Shown in pieces: positions 62,388 through 64,000 of a DNA stretch of 64,000 nt. Within the stretch, counting starts at the first letter, position 1, and the number at the start of each line of letters is the position of its first letter. The notes beneath the pieces were generated by a model. That model was not told where the DNA came from. It did not search any database and saw only the letters and a list, made by a program, of their open reading frames with translations. This DNA is from Chiloscyllium plagiosum (lineage: Eukaryota): positions 95,634,094-95,698,093 of the forward strand of contig NC_057719.1 in the NCBI RefSeq assembly GCF_004010195.1. Direction: 5' to 3'. The position numbers and the translations under genes were made by a program.

Positions 62388-64000
62388 ATAGAACATAGAA
62401 CAATACAGCACAGAACAGGTCCTTCGGCCCTCCATGTTGCACTGACTTGTGCACTAATCTAAGCCCATCCCCTACACTATCCCATCATCATCCATGTGCT
62501 TATCCAAGGATTGTTTAAATCTCCCTAATGTAACTGAGTTAACTACATTGGCAGGCAGGGCATTCCACGCCCTTACCACTCTCTGAGTAAAGAACCTGCC
62601 TCTGACATCTGTTATTAAATCTATCACCCCTCAATTTGTAGTTATGCCCCCTCGCACAAGCTGACGTTATCATCCTAGGAAAAAGACTCTCACTGTCTAC
62701 TTTATCTAATCCTCTGATCATCTTGTATGTCTCTGTCAAATCCCCCCTCAACCTTCTTCTTTCCAATGAGAACAGACGCAAGTCTCTCAGCCTTTCCTCA
62801 TAAAATCTTCCCTCCAGACCAGGCAACATCCTGATAAATCTCCTCTGCACCTTTTCCAATGCTTTCACATCCTTCTGGGGTGACCAGAACTGTACACAAT
62901 ATTCCAAGTGTGGCCACACCAGCATTTTGCATAGTTGCAGCATGACATTACGGCTTCGGAACTCAATTCCTCTACCAATGAAACCTAACACACCGTATGC
63001 CTCCTTAACAGCACTATCCACCTGGGTGGCAACTTTCAGGGATCTATGTACACGGACTTCAAGATCCTTCTGCATATCCACACTATCAAGAATCTTTCTA
63101 TTTACCCAGTACTCTGCCTTCCTGTTATTCTTCCCAAAGTGAATCACCTCACGTTTATCTGTATTGAACTCCATTTGCCACCTCTCAGCCCAGTTCTGCA
63201 GTTTATCCAAATCCCCCTGCAACCTGTAACATTCTTCCACACTGCACCGACTACTCCACCAACTTTAGGGTCGTCGGCAAACTTACTAATCCATCCACCT
63301 ATGCCTGCGTCTAAGTCATTTATAAAAATAACAAACAGCAGTGGTCCCAAAACAGATCCTTGTGTTTCCAGGCTGAATATTTTCTTAGCAGGACTTATAC
63401 ACTTAATGGTAAGGTTCTAGGGAGTGTTGAATATTTTCCATCAACCACCATTCACTGCCTTCTTCCATTTTCTAATGGAAACTGCTCAATCATCCTCAAT
63501 CCCATGCCTCTGCATTTCTCCAACAGCCTACCATGTGGAACCTTTATCAAAGCTTTACTGAAGTCCATATACACAACTTCAACTGCCCTACCCTCATCTA
63601 CATGCTTGGTCATCTTCTCAAAAATCTCAATAATGTTTGTGAGACATCACCTGCTGTTGACGGAACCATGTTGACTGTCTGAAATCAAATTGTTGCTTGC
63701 TAGATGATTATAAATCTTATTTCATATAATCTTTTCCAAAACTTTTCCCACAACAGACTTAAGGCTCACTGGTCTATAATTACCTAGGTCATCTCTACTG
63801 CCCTTTTTGAACAAGGGCACAACATTTGCAATCCTCCAGTCCTCTGGTACTAAACCTGTAGACAATGATGACTGAAGATCAAAGCCAAAGGCTCCAACAC
63901 CTCCTCCCTAGCTTCCCAGAGAATCTTTGGATAAATCCCATCCGGCCCAGGGGACTTGTCTACTTTCACTCCTTCTAGAATCGATAACACCTCTTCCTTA
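62388..64000 (-). mobile_element. CR1 LINE 3' part (RT to tail), continuing beyond the window
   Basis: GPLLFVIFINDLD...ISKFADDPK; ORF 62539..63240 LQNWAERWQMEFN...RRRLRGDLTETYKMIRGLD; (tagaaca)n tail at 62388-62402. Confidence 0.9.

Noticed and set aside
1..64000. CRISPR arrays, operons or other prokaryotic systems
   Set aside because: Spliced vertebrate gene and retroposon landscape; no regularly spaced repeat-spacer array seen.

Overview
Vertebrate genomic DNA, inferred to be a cartilaginous fish (shark) from its HE1/V-SINE-like SINEs, abundant CR1 LINEs and Penelope-type repeats. It has two N gaps. The only host gene I can support is a minus-strand TRPC3/6/7-subfamily channel gene, closest to TRPC6 but divergent. 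Its large ankyrin-repeat exon 2 is at 2731-3496. A candidate coding exon 1, absent from the ORF track, is at 27523-27653 (ATG to a GTAAGT donor, phase-matched to exon 2, ending in a TRPC6-like YGHY motif). The two exons are separated by a 24,026-bp intron, and a CpG-richer promoter-like region lies beyond exon 1. The gene continues off the left edge. The rest is intronic or intergenic and dominated by mobile elements: two near-full-length but broken CR1 LINEs, many CR1 fragments, Rex1 and RTE relics, two tRNA-derived SINE families, solo LTRs, and many short Penelope-like pseudo-LTR insertions. Several of the Penelope-like copies carry minimal hammerhead-ribozyme cores and form long inverted repeats clustered around exon 1. 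Two 47-nt locally templated insertions with flanking duplications are also visible. Repeat boundaries are approximate, read by eye. Comparisons with human TRPC proteins and repeat families are from memory, not database searches.
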